Assembly: GCF_963921235.1 (NCBI RefSeq)
Contig: NC_086097.1
Location: forward strand, 96,784,001 to 96,848,000
Direction of reading: 5' to 3'
Source: Mobula hypostoma
Lineage: Eukaryota
Length of the DNA: 64,000 bases
Program-made: the position numbers and the translations under genes
Shown here: positions 23,900 through 35,998 of the stretch, in pieces
Numbering within the stretch: the first letter of the stretch is position 1
Layout of the letters: every line of letters begins with the position of its first letter
Notes under the pieces: model-generated
What the model was told of the DNA's origin: nothing
Databases searched by the model: none
Seen by the model: only the letters and a program-made list of their open reading frames with translations

Positions 23900-25100
23900 G
23901 ATAATCCATGACCACCATCTTCTTCTGATTTTGGGTCATCTTCATGAGAGGATAAACCTCCCTCTCCTTGCAGAAAGATTAATAGAAATAATAGGACATC
24001 GCTGGCTCCCTCTTGGGCTTTCTGACACTGTATTATTGCCCATATTTCAATAAGTGATATGCCAACCTCCATTCATGTTGACAGGTACAGCAGGCAGTGA
24101 AGAAAGCTAATGGCATGTTGACCTTCATAACAAGGGGAGTTGAGTATAGGAGAAAACAAATCCTTCTGCAGTTGTACAGGGCCCTGGTGCGACCACACCT
24201 GGAGTATTGTGTGCAGTTTTGGTCTCCAAATTTGAGGAAGGACATTCTTGCTATTGAGGGAGTGCAGCGTAGGTTCACAAAGTTAATTCCCGGGATATGT
24301 TGAAAGATTGGAGCGACTGAGCTTGTATACACTGGAATTTAGAAGGATGAGAGGGGATCTGATTGAAACATATAAGATTATTAAGAGATTGGGCACGCTA
24401 GAGGCAGGAAACATGTTCCCGATGTTGGGGGAGTCCAGAACCAAAGGCCACAGTTTAAGAATAAGGGGTAGGCCATTTAAAACAGAGTTGAGGAAAAACT
24501 TTTTCACCCAGAGAGTTATGGATCTGTGGTATGCTGTGCCTCAGAAGGCAGTGGAGGCCAACTCTCTGGATGCTTTCAAGAAAGAGATAGAGCTCTTAAG
24601 GATAGTGGAGTCAAGGGACATGGGGAGAAGGCAGGAACAGGGTACTGATTGTGGATGATCAGCCATGATCACAGTGAATGGTGGTACTGGCTCGAAGGGC
24701 CAAATGGCCTACTCCTGCACCTATTGTCTATTGTCTATTCCCAACCAACACTTTTACTGGGAGATCAGGCCAAAGTTACTTGGATTAAAAAAATTCTGTT
24801 CAATGGTATCTTCGTGATACAAACTGACCTTCTCTTTATTTGACTTTTCGGTTTTATTTATTTCAGATTTCCAATTTAGTATCTTATCAGTAGAAAAGTT
24901 AACTATCATTCAGCCGCCTGAAGTAAATGGCTGAAATTCGGGGCATTAGAATCCAGCCTTCTCTTTTACTTAAAAGTAGGCAAAGACTCTTCATTGTTCC
25001 TGGGAGACAGTCTATTGGTGTGGCAGTACTATTTTCTTGACTGCTTTACCAGCAGTTCCTTTGGGAAAGAAAGATGATGTGGATATGTCTCCCAGTATTG
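23900..25100 (-). mobile_element. Probable ERV gag remnants (23900-24075 and 24740-25100) split by a CR1
   Basis: WAIIQCQKAQEG..FLQ.EGGL resembles a capsid major-homology region; position upstream of integrase on the same strand; very degenerate. Confidence 0.45.
24075..24738 (+). mobile_element. CR1 3' fragment (same family as 17216-19320)
   Basis: [18 protein letters not shown]2 C-terminus, near-identical 3' UTR and ctattgt tail. Confidence 0.92.
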
Positions 25101-26037
25101 TTCTGTACATTCGGTTTTTATATTTTCTCTGTGAATGGGCAGGATTCCTCCAGTTGCTCTGGTTTCCTCCCACAACTTAAAAATTTGCAAACATGAGAAA
25201 ATCTGAAGAGCTGGGAAATCGATTGATGACAGAGATAAAGGGCTGGAGAAGGGAGAATCTGATAGGAGAGGACAGAAGGCTATGGAAGAAAGGAAAGGGG
25301 AAGGTGATGGGCAGGTAAGGAGACTTGGTGAGAGAGGGAAACTGGAGTGGTGAATGAGGGGACAATTACTGGAAGTTCAAGAAATCAAAGATTTGCAGGT
25401 TATGTTAATTGGATTCTGTAAATTACCTCATGTATGTAGATAGAATCTGGTGGGGAGGGGCAAAGTTTGCAGGGAACATGGGGAGAAGAGAATGGGATTA
25501 GTATGTAAATAGCATAAAATTACGCTTGATAATTGGTGTGGGCTAAAATGTATGTTTCTGTGTTGTATGACTCTACAATTACAGATTTTAGGAGTGTTAA
25601 TTTTTGACATAAGCAATTGCCAGAGTAGATCAGATCCTTTGCAATGATCTAATTGAGCTTGTCCATGAATTAATCTAATAAACGCTGACTCTTCCAGCAT
25701 TAGCAATAGTATTACCTCCAGAAGCTGTGGCACAGTTTGCCAATGTCAGGGTTCCAGATATCCTTTATGTAGAATATGAATAGTGAGGAGTGAATTCCAA
25801 CTATAATGGGTTACATTAGAATGATTTAATTGCTTGCTCAGAAGCCATGATAAAGTGTGTATCACAAGAATTGGTTAGTCCTGAAATGGGTGACCTGTAT
25901 TCTGATCCAAAAGGTTAGTGGCTATACTACCACCAATGTGAATATTCGCAATTACATGAGGTTATTGTTGAGAGTGACTGAAACTAATAGGTTGAACCGT
26001 TGAAGCAATATAAACTTTCTATTTTTGGGGCTTGCAG

Positions 26038-26120
26038 TACCAGTGGATGACTGGAAATATACTGGGGTGGAAAGTGATGAAGAAAATGAAGAAATGTTGA
26101 CCCAGCGAATTTTGAAACAG
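26038..26120 (+). CDS. ZFYVE19: ZFYVE19 exon
   Basis: ttgcag|...|gtttga; VPVDDWKYTGVESDEENEEMLTQRILKQ (human DSDDDEDEETAIQRVLQQ); 83 nt, phase 1-0. Confidence 0.92.
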
Positions 26121-26499
26121 GTTTGATTGTTAGCTTTTTTTTTTAAACACAAGGTAGGCATAATTTTTTATATAAATTCAAGGTAATTAGACTGGAGGAC
26201 CATGGAATGCAAAATTGATTTTTTAATCCTCTGTTTTACTCTTTTTTTTAATCTACGTCATTGATGACCCATTCTTCTCAATTCCTATTAGCTCCTGGAA
26301 AATAAAGGGAGTAATTTCCTGATATATCCCATCACAAAATAATTTGTTTCTGAAGAAATCTCTCAAAATATCACAAAAGTTGCTAAGACCTGAGAAAGAA
26401 AACCAACCCTTGTTTTGTGCTGACAGATGTTGAGATGTTCACATTTGGGCTTCATTTAAGAATGACTGACAGGCCAATTTGTAACATGTAGTAATTTCA

Positions 26500-26880
26500 G
26501 AGTCTTGCCTCTTGTAATGCTCACCCAGATTCGTGAGGGTTCAAACCCTACTCCAATACGAGAACACATAATGTAATTCAGAAATGAGAGAGCATGTGGT
26601 CTCATTCAGATAAGTTAATAAACTGGAGCCCTGCAGACACGAAGGCATCCATGGCACAATGGAAGAACAGAGAAGTTCTTCTGGACTCTGTGGTTAACAT
26701 TTGTCCCTCATTCAATTCCAAAAAGAAGCAGATCTTCTGGTCACTTACCTTGTTAATTGTTTGGGGGATTTTGCTGTTTACAGATTTAAATGAAATGTTT
26801 CTTAACTCACAATGGTGATGATGTTCCAACCACACTTGTGCAGTTTTTTCAAATGACTTAAGGGGCTATATGAATTAAGT
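26500..26880 (+). mobile_element. Ancient Deu-domain SINE (SacSINE1/AmnSINE1-like)
   Basis: B-box gggttcaaacc and Deu-like core ccatggcacaatggaagaacagagaagttct...tccctca...tggtca...tgtttgggggattttgctgt. Confidence 0.6.
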
Positions 26881-27205
26881 TATGCTTTGTTAGAATTGAG
26901 ATGGAGAAGTGTAAATATATTGGTATAAATTTTGAAAACACTCTCGTTTCCTAATCCCTTAGAAGCCTGTGTCCCATCTCCAACCTCCCTGAAGCCTCTC
27001 ACCTTTCATGCAGTACTGATTTGGATTAAATTAGCATCAGCAAATTTGTAGTTGCTCTTGCTCAGTTTCTGCTTGAAACCTTTGAACAGCAAAATCACAA
27101 CTAGTTCAGAAATGTAATAATATGAGGATAGGAACAATAGTCTAAATGTTGGTAAACTGTCAGCAGTGGTAAAATATATTCTCATTTCATTATCTATACA
27201 TGCAG

Positions 27206-27298
27206 GTAAATGAAGAAATTGCCCTAGATCAAAGAAGTGGCTACAACATTCCTGTAGAGCAACCTAAGACAGTGCAGCCAATTCCTGTTGGGAGAAAG
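27206..27298 (+). CDS. ZFYVE19: ZFYVE19 exon
   Basis: atgcag|...|gtactg; VNEEIALDQRSGYNIPVEQPKTVQPIPVGRK (human EEASLDEASGFNIP); 93 nt, phase 0-0. Confidence 0.92.
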
Positions 27299-27795
27299 GT
27301 ACTGTCTGCAATTGGAAATCAAACTAAACATCTTGTGTGGCGAATAAGCATTTAGATGTTGCCAGGATTCACAATGCTCACCTGGCTGTAGTTTTAATTA
27401 TGTACTGCAACAGTATTTGATTCTCTATCTCCCCTTATTGATCTTCTTTCTCAACTCTTTCGCCGTTTTCTTTAGAGACAAATTAATCCAACAACTGTCT
27501 CATTCCTTAAAAGAGAGCCTTGACTCTGTAGGAGCATACTTATTTATTTATATCAGAAGTTTATTGGTTTATAAACACACTCAAGACACATTGAGGTAAA
27601 GGTGGTATTGAAGGAAGATTATACTTTCAAAAAGGAATGTGCCTGTACCTTTCTCCTCTCTTCCTTGGAAGTGCAGCTTGCAACCCGTTGTAAGCTTTTG
27701 ATCGTCTTTTCTTGGGGGTAGTTTTAATGTACAACTTTATTAACTTTTTTTTTTCAAATTATTGACTAAAAGCAAATTTCTAATTGTATCTCCAG

Positions 27796-27938
27796 CAACG
27801 ACATGTTTCGCCCAGTCCAGCTATGACTGAGACACCAGACAGTGATGATGAGCTGCCTTGGTGTTCCATCTGCAATAATGATGCTGTCCTCCGTTGCCAT
27901 GACTGTGATGGGGACCTCTACTGTCACAGATGCTTTAG
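27796..27938 (+). CDS. ZFYVE19: ZFYVE19 exon, C-terminal B-box-type zinc finger
   Basis: ctccag|...|gtaagt; [32 protein letters not shown]; 143 nt, phase 0-2. Confidence 0.97.
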
Positions 27939-28181
27939 GTAAGTGCAGCTGGTAACTGCATGCTTTGAGGTCCAGTTGCTGAAAGCAGCTCAGAAGAATA
28001 AATGATTTGCGGCACTTTTACTCAAACTCTTTGTAACTGCGAATATTTTATGGTAATAAATAGTTCATGCTTTAACAGGTTTAAGAATTTTCAGGGGTCG
28101 GAATGATCCTAAACTTTCCACAGATGAACATGTCATTCAACTTTCATAATCTGTGCATGATACTTTACACCAATGTACATA

Positions 28182-28993
28182 CAGTAGATTCTGGTTAATT
28201 GGGTCATCGGTTAATCTAGACTGCCACTTATTTGGGACAACTCTTAAAGAACAAAAACAAAATTGAGAAAATAGCTAAATTTCTTTCATTTATTTGGGAC
28301 ACTATGTTGCTTAATTGGGATAGGAAATTGCTTCCAAACAGTTTCTAACTAGTGTCAGTCGTGTGCTTTTGCATGCAAACGGTTTTTAAATGTGTCATTT
28401 CTCTGTGTTTGTGTTCAAAAAGCAGTGACGTTTCTTACTGATAGTTGGCAAGAAATAAGTGGTAAGACAATTCAAAACTGTTTCGCTCACTGCAATTTCA
28501 AGCATTGAGGCTTGGAGATGCTAGAAATGGCCAGGAATGAAAATGAAATGATTTCACTACTTCAGCAAGTTAGAAACTACGAAGAATTTGAATGTATCGA
28601 CAATCATCTTTAATATTACAATGAAAATTAAGTTTTGGTGTATACAATCATCAAAAACATTGTATGAAGGCAGTTTATTGTCTGCACTCGGTGTCTGTGC
28701 TGGTTTTGTTCATTTACAGTCAATCAAAGAGTATAGCGGCGTATGCTGGATAAATTTTCCCCTTTTGATAACTATTAGGAACTAATACGGTTTTATAGTA
28801 CTGTAGTGGTATTGGTAGTGGTCTAATTTGTTTTGTTTTCCATTTATATACATAGTTTGGTACTCAGTTAAATGGTAGTTTGTCGTTTTTTTGCCTTTTT
28901 AACTATTTCCATGAATCTTCGGCTAATTGGAGCAGACTTGTTAATTGGGCCAAAACGTATGTCTGCTATGTCCCAATTAACCAGACTCCATCG
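28182..28993. mobile_element. Tigger/pogo-like non-autonomous DNA transposon, copy 1
   Basis: TIR cagtagattctggttaattggg ... cccaattaaccagactccatcg; TA on both flanks. Confidence 0.8.
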
Positions 28994-29339
28994 TATTGAT
29001 ATTATTATTGAGTCATGGATCCAGACAACATGGAAACAGGTCCTTAGCCCACCAAGTCTATGCTATCAACCACCTTTAACATTCATCCTGCAAAATCCTG
29101 TTTTTTCTTCTCTCTCTCCACATTCTCAACAACTCCTTCAAGATTTCATCACTCACCAGGAGGATTTTAGAAGTTACTTAATATGGGTCATAATCCAATG
29201 GAATTAATAAAGTAAAATAATTAATCATTTAAGGCTGCCTACATGAAAATATAGTATGACAACCAACTCAGTTTTAGAAAAGAAATCTGCTGTAATCTGC
29301 TCTTTGATTTTTCTAAGAAAATAACATTCCAAGTTATTA

Positions 29340-30595
29340 CCATCCCATGGATTTGTCAAAGGCAGATCGTGCCTTACGAGCCTGATTGAAGTTTTTGAGG
29401 ACGTGACTAAACACATTGATGAAGGTAGAGCTGTAGATGTAGTGTATATAGATTTCAGCAAGGCATTTGATAAGATACTGCATGCACAGCTTATTGAGAA
29501 AGTAAGGAGGCCTGGGATCCAAGGGGACATTGCTTTGTGGATCCATAATTGGCTTGCACACAAAAGGCAAAGTGTGGTTGTAGACAGGTCATATTTTGCA
29601 TGGAGATCAGTGACCAGTGGTGTGCTTCAGGGATCCCTTCTCCATGATTTTTATAAATGACCTGGATGAGGAAGTGGAGGGATAAGTTAGTAAGTTTGCT
29701 GATGACACAAAGGTTAGGGGTGTTGTGGATAGTGTGGAGGGCTGTCAGAGGTTACAGCAGGGACATTAATAGGATGCAAAACTGGGCTGAGAAGTGGCAG
29801 ATGGAGTTCAACCCAGATAAGTGTGAGGTCGTTCATTTTGGTAGGTCAAATATGGCAGAATATAGTATTAACAGTAAGGCTCTTGGCAGTGTGAAGAATC
29901 AGAGGGATCTTGGGGTCCGGGTCCATAGGACACTCAAAGCTGTTACGCAGGTTGACTCTGTGGTTAAGAAGGCATACGGTGTATTGGCCTTTATCAGTCG
30001 TGGGATTGAGTTCAAGAGCTGAGAGGTATCGTTACATAAAAGACCCTGGTCAGACTCCACTTGGAGTACTGTGTTCAGTTCTGGTCACCTCACTGCAGGA
30101 AGGATGTGGAAACTATAGAAAGGGTGCAGAGGAGATTTACAAGGATGTTGCCTGGATTGGGGAGCATGCCTTATGGGAATAGGTTGAGTGAACTTGGCTC
30201 TTTCTCCTTGGAGTGAAGGAGGATGAGAGGTGACCTGATAGAGGTGTATAAGATGATGAGAGACATTGATCGTGTGAATAGTCAGAGGCTTTTTCCCAGG
30301 GCTGAAATGGCTAACATGAGAGGTCACAGTTTTAAGGTGCTTGGAAGTAGGTACAGAGGAAATGTCAGGGGTAAGTTTTTACGCTGAGAGTGGTGAGTGC
30401 GTGGAATGGGCTGCCGGCGACAATGGTGGTTGAGGCGGATACAATAGGGTCTTTTGAGAGAATCCTGGACAGCTACATGGAGCTTAGAAAAATAGAGGGC
30501 TATGGGTAACCCGAGGTAATTTCTGAAGTAAGTACATGTTTGATACAACATTGTGGGCCGAAGGGCCTGTGTTGTGCTGTGGGTTTTCTATGTTC
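29340..30595 (+). mobile_element. CR1 LINE 5'-truncated RT and 3' end
   Basis: AVDVVYIDFSKAFDK, FADD, QMEFNPDKCEV, CR1 tail. Confidence 0.92.
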
Positions 30596-30910
30596 CAAGC
30601 GCTTGCTGGAAAAGCCAAAGATGTAACTTGCCTGATTTTTCAGAAAACACTGGATCTCAGAATTTTAGAGCAAAATTTACCAAAACTTTAGAAGTTGGCT
30701 TAGAATGGGGTGGGGCAAGTATAGAACTTATTCTCAGTGGATTGTTTTTTGGTTGGAGTGACTGGCTTAATGAGTATCCAGCCATCATGCAATTTTAATG
30801 CTTCTGCTGCAGCTTGTACATGGGAGGGGGGAGGAGGGCTATGGGGGCCTGATGTTTGGGGTTTTGTGGATGTCTGTGGAAAGTAGGAATTTCAGGTTGT
30901 ATGCTGTATA

Positions 30911-31957
30911 AAACAATTGATAAAGTGAAGCACAATAAGTTATTTGAAATATTACAGGAAACTGTAGATCTAGATTCGAAAGACCTCCGCCTAATCAGAA
31001 ATCTGTACTGGGAATAAACTGCCGCTGTAGGAATAGATGGAGAAGTGAGTCAGTTTATGAAAATCAAGAGAGGTGTTAGACAAGGGTGTGTTTTCTCCAC
31101 TGATTTATTTATTGTATACAGTGAAACAATATTACAAAAAATAATAGACATCTTGGGAATCAAAGTTGGTGGTGAAAACATTAATAATTTCAGACATGCG
31201 GATGACACTGTGTTAATTGCAAGTATGGAGGAAGAACTACAAAACTTAATTGATATAGTTATTGAAGAAAGTGCAAAAATGGGTCTAGCTATCAACTGCA
31301 AAAAGAATGTATGGTGATATCCAAAAAAGAAGAGAATCCTATTTGCAGGCTGAGAATAAACAGGGAAGACAAAATAGGTACAGAACTTTTGCTACTTAGG
31401 AAGCTGGGTGACATCAGATGGCAGGTGCGACATGGACATCAAAAGAAGAATAGGGATGGCAAAAGATACCTTTATGAGAATGAAGAGTATACTGACCAAC
31501 ACTAAACTAGGCATGACAACCCGCCTCAGAGTACTGAAATGTTATGTTTATCCAGTTATGTTATATGGATCAGAATGTTGGACAATAAAGGAAACGAATT
31601 GAAGCAGTAGAGATGTGGTTTTTGAGGAGGATGCAAAGAATATCATGGACAAAACAAATATCTAACAAGGATGTCATGAGCAGAGCAAGCACAAAAAGAG
31701 AAATAATGTATGAGATCATGAAAAGGCAATGTAACTTCATTGGACATGTAATTAGGAAAGAGGAGTTAGAATGCACGGTAATTATGGGAAAGGTTGAAGG
31801 GAAGAAAGCAAGAGGAAGACAAAGACATGATGATGGAGACAGCAGCTAAAGAACTGGAAAAGAATACCAATGAATTGATCCACTTGACCTGAAACAGGAG
31901 TGTGTGAGCCATGGCAGCCAAAGCTTAAACTGGGCACAGCCCCTGATGATGATGGTA
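30911..31957 (+). mobile_element. RTE-clade LINE 3' part, TSD ctgtata
   Basis: IKRGVRQGCVFS, HADDTVLIA, LYGSECWT, GHVIRK; (gat)n tail; TSD at 30904-30910 and 31958-31964. Confidence 0.9.
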
Positions 31958-32249
31958 CTGTATACATTCTCTGATATTAAATAGAACCATCTGAATCAAC
32001 CATTTCTAATCAGTTCAAAATGAGCTTAGTTCAGAATTGCAGATGAGGCTTAATTATGGAATGGTTAGTTCTGATGGAGCAACTACGAAATAACCTGATC
32101 ACATTTTAAGCTATTAAGAACTTCAAAGCTGAAATTGAGCCCATAACATTAATTACTGTGTGCAAGCGGTGAATTGGGGATCAGGCCAATGAATATTAAA
32201 AGCATAGGAATACCAGAGATGGTGAAAACAACATTATGGGGTAGTACAT

Positions 32250-32590
32250 CAACACAGTTATTAGAGCAGCTGCCTCACAGTACCAGACACCTAGGTTCAT
32301 TGCTGATTTTAGATGCTGTACTCTTGGGAGTGTGCACATTCTTCCTGTGACTGCATGGATCTCTACCAGGGAGTGCCAGTTTCCTCGCACATCTCAAGGT
32401 ATGGGGGTTTAGTAGCTTAATTGGCAACTATAAACTGATCCTACGGTGCAGCTGAGTGGTAGAGTTGATGAGAAAGTGGAGAGAATAAATGACAAAGGAT
32501 TAATATGGAGTTAGTATAAATACTGTACATGGTTGATGGTTGGCATGGTCTGAGATCAAAATGCTTGTTTTCCAAGATGTATCTCGGTGT
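32250..32590 (+). mobile_element. V-SINE (HE1-like), degenerate
   Basis: gctgcctcacagtaccagacacctaggttca head and V-domain gagtgtgcacattcttcctgtgactgcatgga...gtttcctcgcacat. Confidence 0.65.
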
Positions 32591-33404
32591 CACTGACTAT
32601 GTGATAGAGTGATAACCGTTTTGTCACGATTTCACCCAAAATTACCCTTAACATGAAGACTATTTTGAATCATGTTGTGCTTAGGTTACTTGAATAATTA
32701 AATTTGCCTTGCAATTGTGACTTTTTATTGTTTTTGTTTATCTATTCAAGGGAGTTTAAGAGTTACTTCTGTAGATACAGAGCTGTTACTAATTCATAGT
32801 TTAATACATTTAATGCATTCACCAGGTGATAGTCCAAATTGTTCATTGCTTTAAAGCAATTACTAACTACATTTTGTTTTACTGTGGGCTTATCTGGACC
32901 TTAAGTATGTTTTAAAAAAAACAAAAAAAGACCATGCAAAATTATAATAGCTAAAATTTACTGGCAAAAGGTGTGGTTATGAAGATAAACATTTTGTGGT
33001 GACAACAGTAGAAAGTTTTCACTCGAAGGCACTGTGTGTGGTCTGCACTTCATTCTTTAACTATGTTCAGACATTAGGAGTTTGCAAAGCAAATTTGCAA
33101 AGAATCTGATTTCTACAAAGCAATGCAAATTTACAGCCTGATTTGATGTTGAGTCGGGAGTTCCAGCATATAGACACAGTGCTTATGAAGGAACAGTGAT
33201 ATATGTCAAAGTTGGCATGTTTTCATCTGAACAAAAATGGTACAGGAAATTTAGTAAAAAGAATTCAAATTATCAAGAGAGACAATAGAATGGATCAAAA
33301 CAAACTGGTGTCATTTAATGAAGGGTATAGAATGAAATGGCAAATGCTGTAGATTAATAGATTTAGAGTAGAAAGAAGAAAACTGTTCTCCATAGCTTTG
33401 TATT

Positions 33405-33611
33405 GAGCCGGCTGCTGGTGTAATGGCAGCCGCACTGGAATTTGAGGCGAGTAGTCCTGGGTTTGAATCCGACTGGCTCCTTGCATGCTCTCTATCTGTG
33501 CTGTGTTGAGCATCGAGCTAGTAACTCGGCCTCATAAAAAGCAGACAAAAATGCTAAAGAAATGGCAAGATTGCTGCCCGATGCGCCACAAGGCAGAGAA
33601 AGGAACAACAA
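33405..33611 (+). mobile_element. tRNA-derived SINE with (aac)n tail
   Basis: A-box tggtgtaatgg, B-box gtttgaatcc, acceptor-like stem gagccgg/ctggctc; imperfect TSD ttg(t/c)att. Confidence 0.75.
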
Positions 33612-33878
33612 TTGCATTGTAAGGTTGCAGCAAGTATTAGGATGCTACTTTCTTAAGACAGGTTGGGTAGATGATAGAGAGGGGGCATAAAAGGATATAG
33701 GATGAGAACTACTCATCATTTGGAGGCTGAACAGACTGGTTTCATGTTGTAATTTGCATCCCATTCTTTACAACTTCACTCATATTTTAACGGCTGTATT
33801 GAAATTGAAGTGCTATACTCCACAGACTTTGAAAGATAACTGGGTTGTGCATTTTGAGTAGTCTTTAGTATGTTAATA

Positions 33879-34612
33879 CAGAGGATTCCGGTTAATTGGG
33901 CCACTGGTTAATCGGGGCAGCTGTTTATTTGAGACCACATGCCACTTAATTGGGCCAGGAGACTATTGCCGAATAGTTTCTAACTAGCATCAGTCGTGTG
34001 CACTTGCGTGGATGTTAGACACTACACGTGCTTACAGCAATCAGTTGGTGTCAGTTGCGTGTGTTTGTGTTTTTAAAAAAAAACAGTGATTTTTGTCTCT
34101 GATAGTTGGTGAGAAATAAGCAGAAAGACCATTAGGAACTGGTTTGCTCAATACGGTTCAAGCATTTACATTTAGAAATGCCAGAAACAGCTGCGAGTAA
34201 AAATGAATAGATTCTACTACTTCAGCAACTTGTGAAGAATTTGAAGGTGTCTTTTTGAATGTTAAAATGAAAAGAAAGATTTGCAATTGTCTGAAGGATT
34301 GTCCATTATCTGTACTCAGTGTCTGTCCTGATTTTGTTCATTTACAGTCAATCAAAAGAACATGGCAGATGAATTCCTCCATTGATAACTATTAGGAAAT
34401 AATACAGAATTTTGTAGTACTGTAGTGGTATTGGGAGTGCCTAAATTTGTTCTGTGATTTACTTAAATACATTATTTGTTACTCAGTTAAACAGTAGTTT
34501 GTCTTTTTTATACCTTTTAACTATTTCCATGAAACTTTGGCTTATTGGGGCAGCCACTTAATTGGGCCAAAATTTACTGGTTCCAGTGTGTCCGAATAAA
34601 GGGAATCGTCTG
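33879..34612. mobile_element. Tigger/pogo-like non-autonomous DNA transposon, copy 2
   Basis: Collinear with 28182-28993; TIR cagaggattccggttaattggg; TA flanks. Confidence 0.8.
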
Positions 34613-34724
34613 TATAAGGCACCCTATCATCTAAAACAGATTGTTTTCACACCTTTGTCGATCTTGCCTCGGCTTTAAAAACAATAAATGTCTAAAGAAT
34701 TCTTTCTTTAATTTGCCCCCATAG

Positions 34725-34797
34725 GGAAGGACATGACAAGTTTGAGCGGAAAGAACACAGAACATCCAAGTACAGTCAACCAATGAAGAAGAAATAA
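34725..34797 (+). CDS. ZFYVE19: ZFYVE19 terminal coding exon
   Basis: ccatag|G GAA GGA CAT...; (R)EGHDKFERKEHRTSKYSQPMKKK* (human REGHDAFELKEHQTS); tandem stop TAATAA. Confidence 0.95.
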
Positions 34798-35109
34798 TAA
34801 GGGATCCACACACACAGCCTTTCACAATCTGACACTAAGGAAATTGGTCATGACATCAGCAATTCCACAGAACTCTTATCTAATTAACAAGTGCTATAGG
34901 AAAAGCTATATTGATTCTCATTCATGCAAAGACTTTCTGTTATTACAAGGCTGTTCAGTGTTGTAACAGCAGCTCCTATGCATTATAAGGTGTGGTCACT
35001 ACATTATCCACCGCAGGGAGCACCTGCTTTAAAAACTTTGCATATTAAGGGATTAGAGAAGTTGCATTTTCAAACACTACAAGTTAACTTTGAATTTGTC
35101 TAACACAGA

Positions 35110-35115
35110 AATAAA
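35110..35115 (+). terminator. Candidate ZFYVE19 polyadenylation signal
   Basis: First AATAAA about 310 nt after the stop, followed by T-rich sequence. Confidence 0.6.
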
Positions 35116-35223
35116 AAGTCTATAAAATGGGATGTAAATTATTATTTCCTCTAATTTCATATTTAATTGGATGTTTATTCTGAATTATTATTTATCTCAC
35201 TTGTGTTAAGATTTTTACTGCTA

Positions 35224-35998
35224 TGCTGTCGGTATTTCATTTCAGCAGTTCTGTAGGAGCAGTTTGTTCTGCTTTCAGACTGTTTTGGTTTGAGCTGAGA
35301 TAAGGAGCTCTGCTGTTCATCTTCGGAATGTGCTGTCAGCCAGTCAGGATGGTGGAATTGGGAGAATGTTGTAGAGAACGCTGAGCAGAAGTTTTTGTGA
35401 GGGACACTGGTGTGGGTTGAGGTCTTTGTTGGCGGGAGTTGGGAGCAGACAAGAGGGAGGATGGCTGAGGAATCTGTTCATGTTGCACAAGGTGCTTTGT
35501 GCAGACAAATGCTTCAAACAGGAAGGACCAATACTCCTGTGGGAGAGCCCGTTTGTTTGACATGGATTTCGAGTGACATTCGGAAGATGCATTGTGTACA
35601 TTGAAAACAATGGCTTCTGGAAGATTTCAGCTCCACCATGCATTTATGACTGTTTAAATACAATGGGCCCCTTTTGTGTTTTTTCAAAATTTCCTTTAAT
35701 AGCTGGTTGCTTACGTTAACATTCTTAAATATGCTTCTTTATAAATCTATGCAGTGTATGATCTGTTATTTCTTGCCGATGGGCAATTGCCAGGCCAGTA
35801 AATTACACAACATTCACACAATCCGGGATTTGGGTGAGTGAGACATCTCAACCTCACGGATTTGGCGGGACCAAAGTCGTATATACCCTTGACGTACGAA
35901 GTCCAAGGAAGGTGGGTTTCTCACCGCAGAGTCCAGTGGCTGTTAACGAGGGGCTAACGAGTCGCATTTCCAGAGACACCCAGTAAAAAGGGATTTCA
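35224..35998. repeat. Putative solo LTR
   Basis: About 775-bp non-coding block with higher GC/CpG than its flanks, bounded by TG...CA; no clean TSD found. Confidence 0.4.

Noticed and set aside
33405..33480. tRNA-like sequence with A and B boxes
   Set aside because: It continues into a non-tRNA body with an (aac)n tail and TSD, and the cloverleaf is imperfect: a SINE head, not a tRNA gene.
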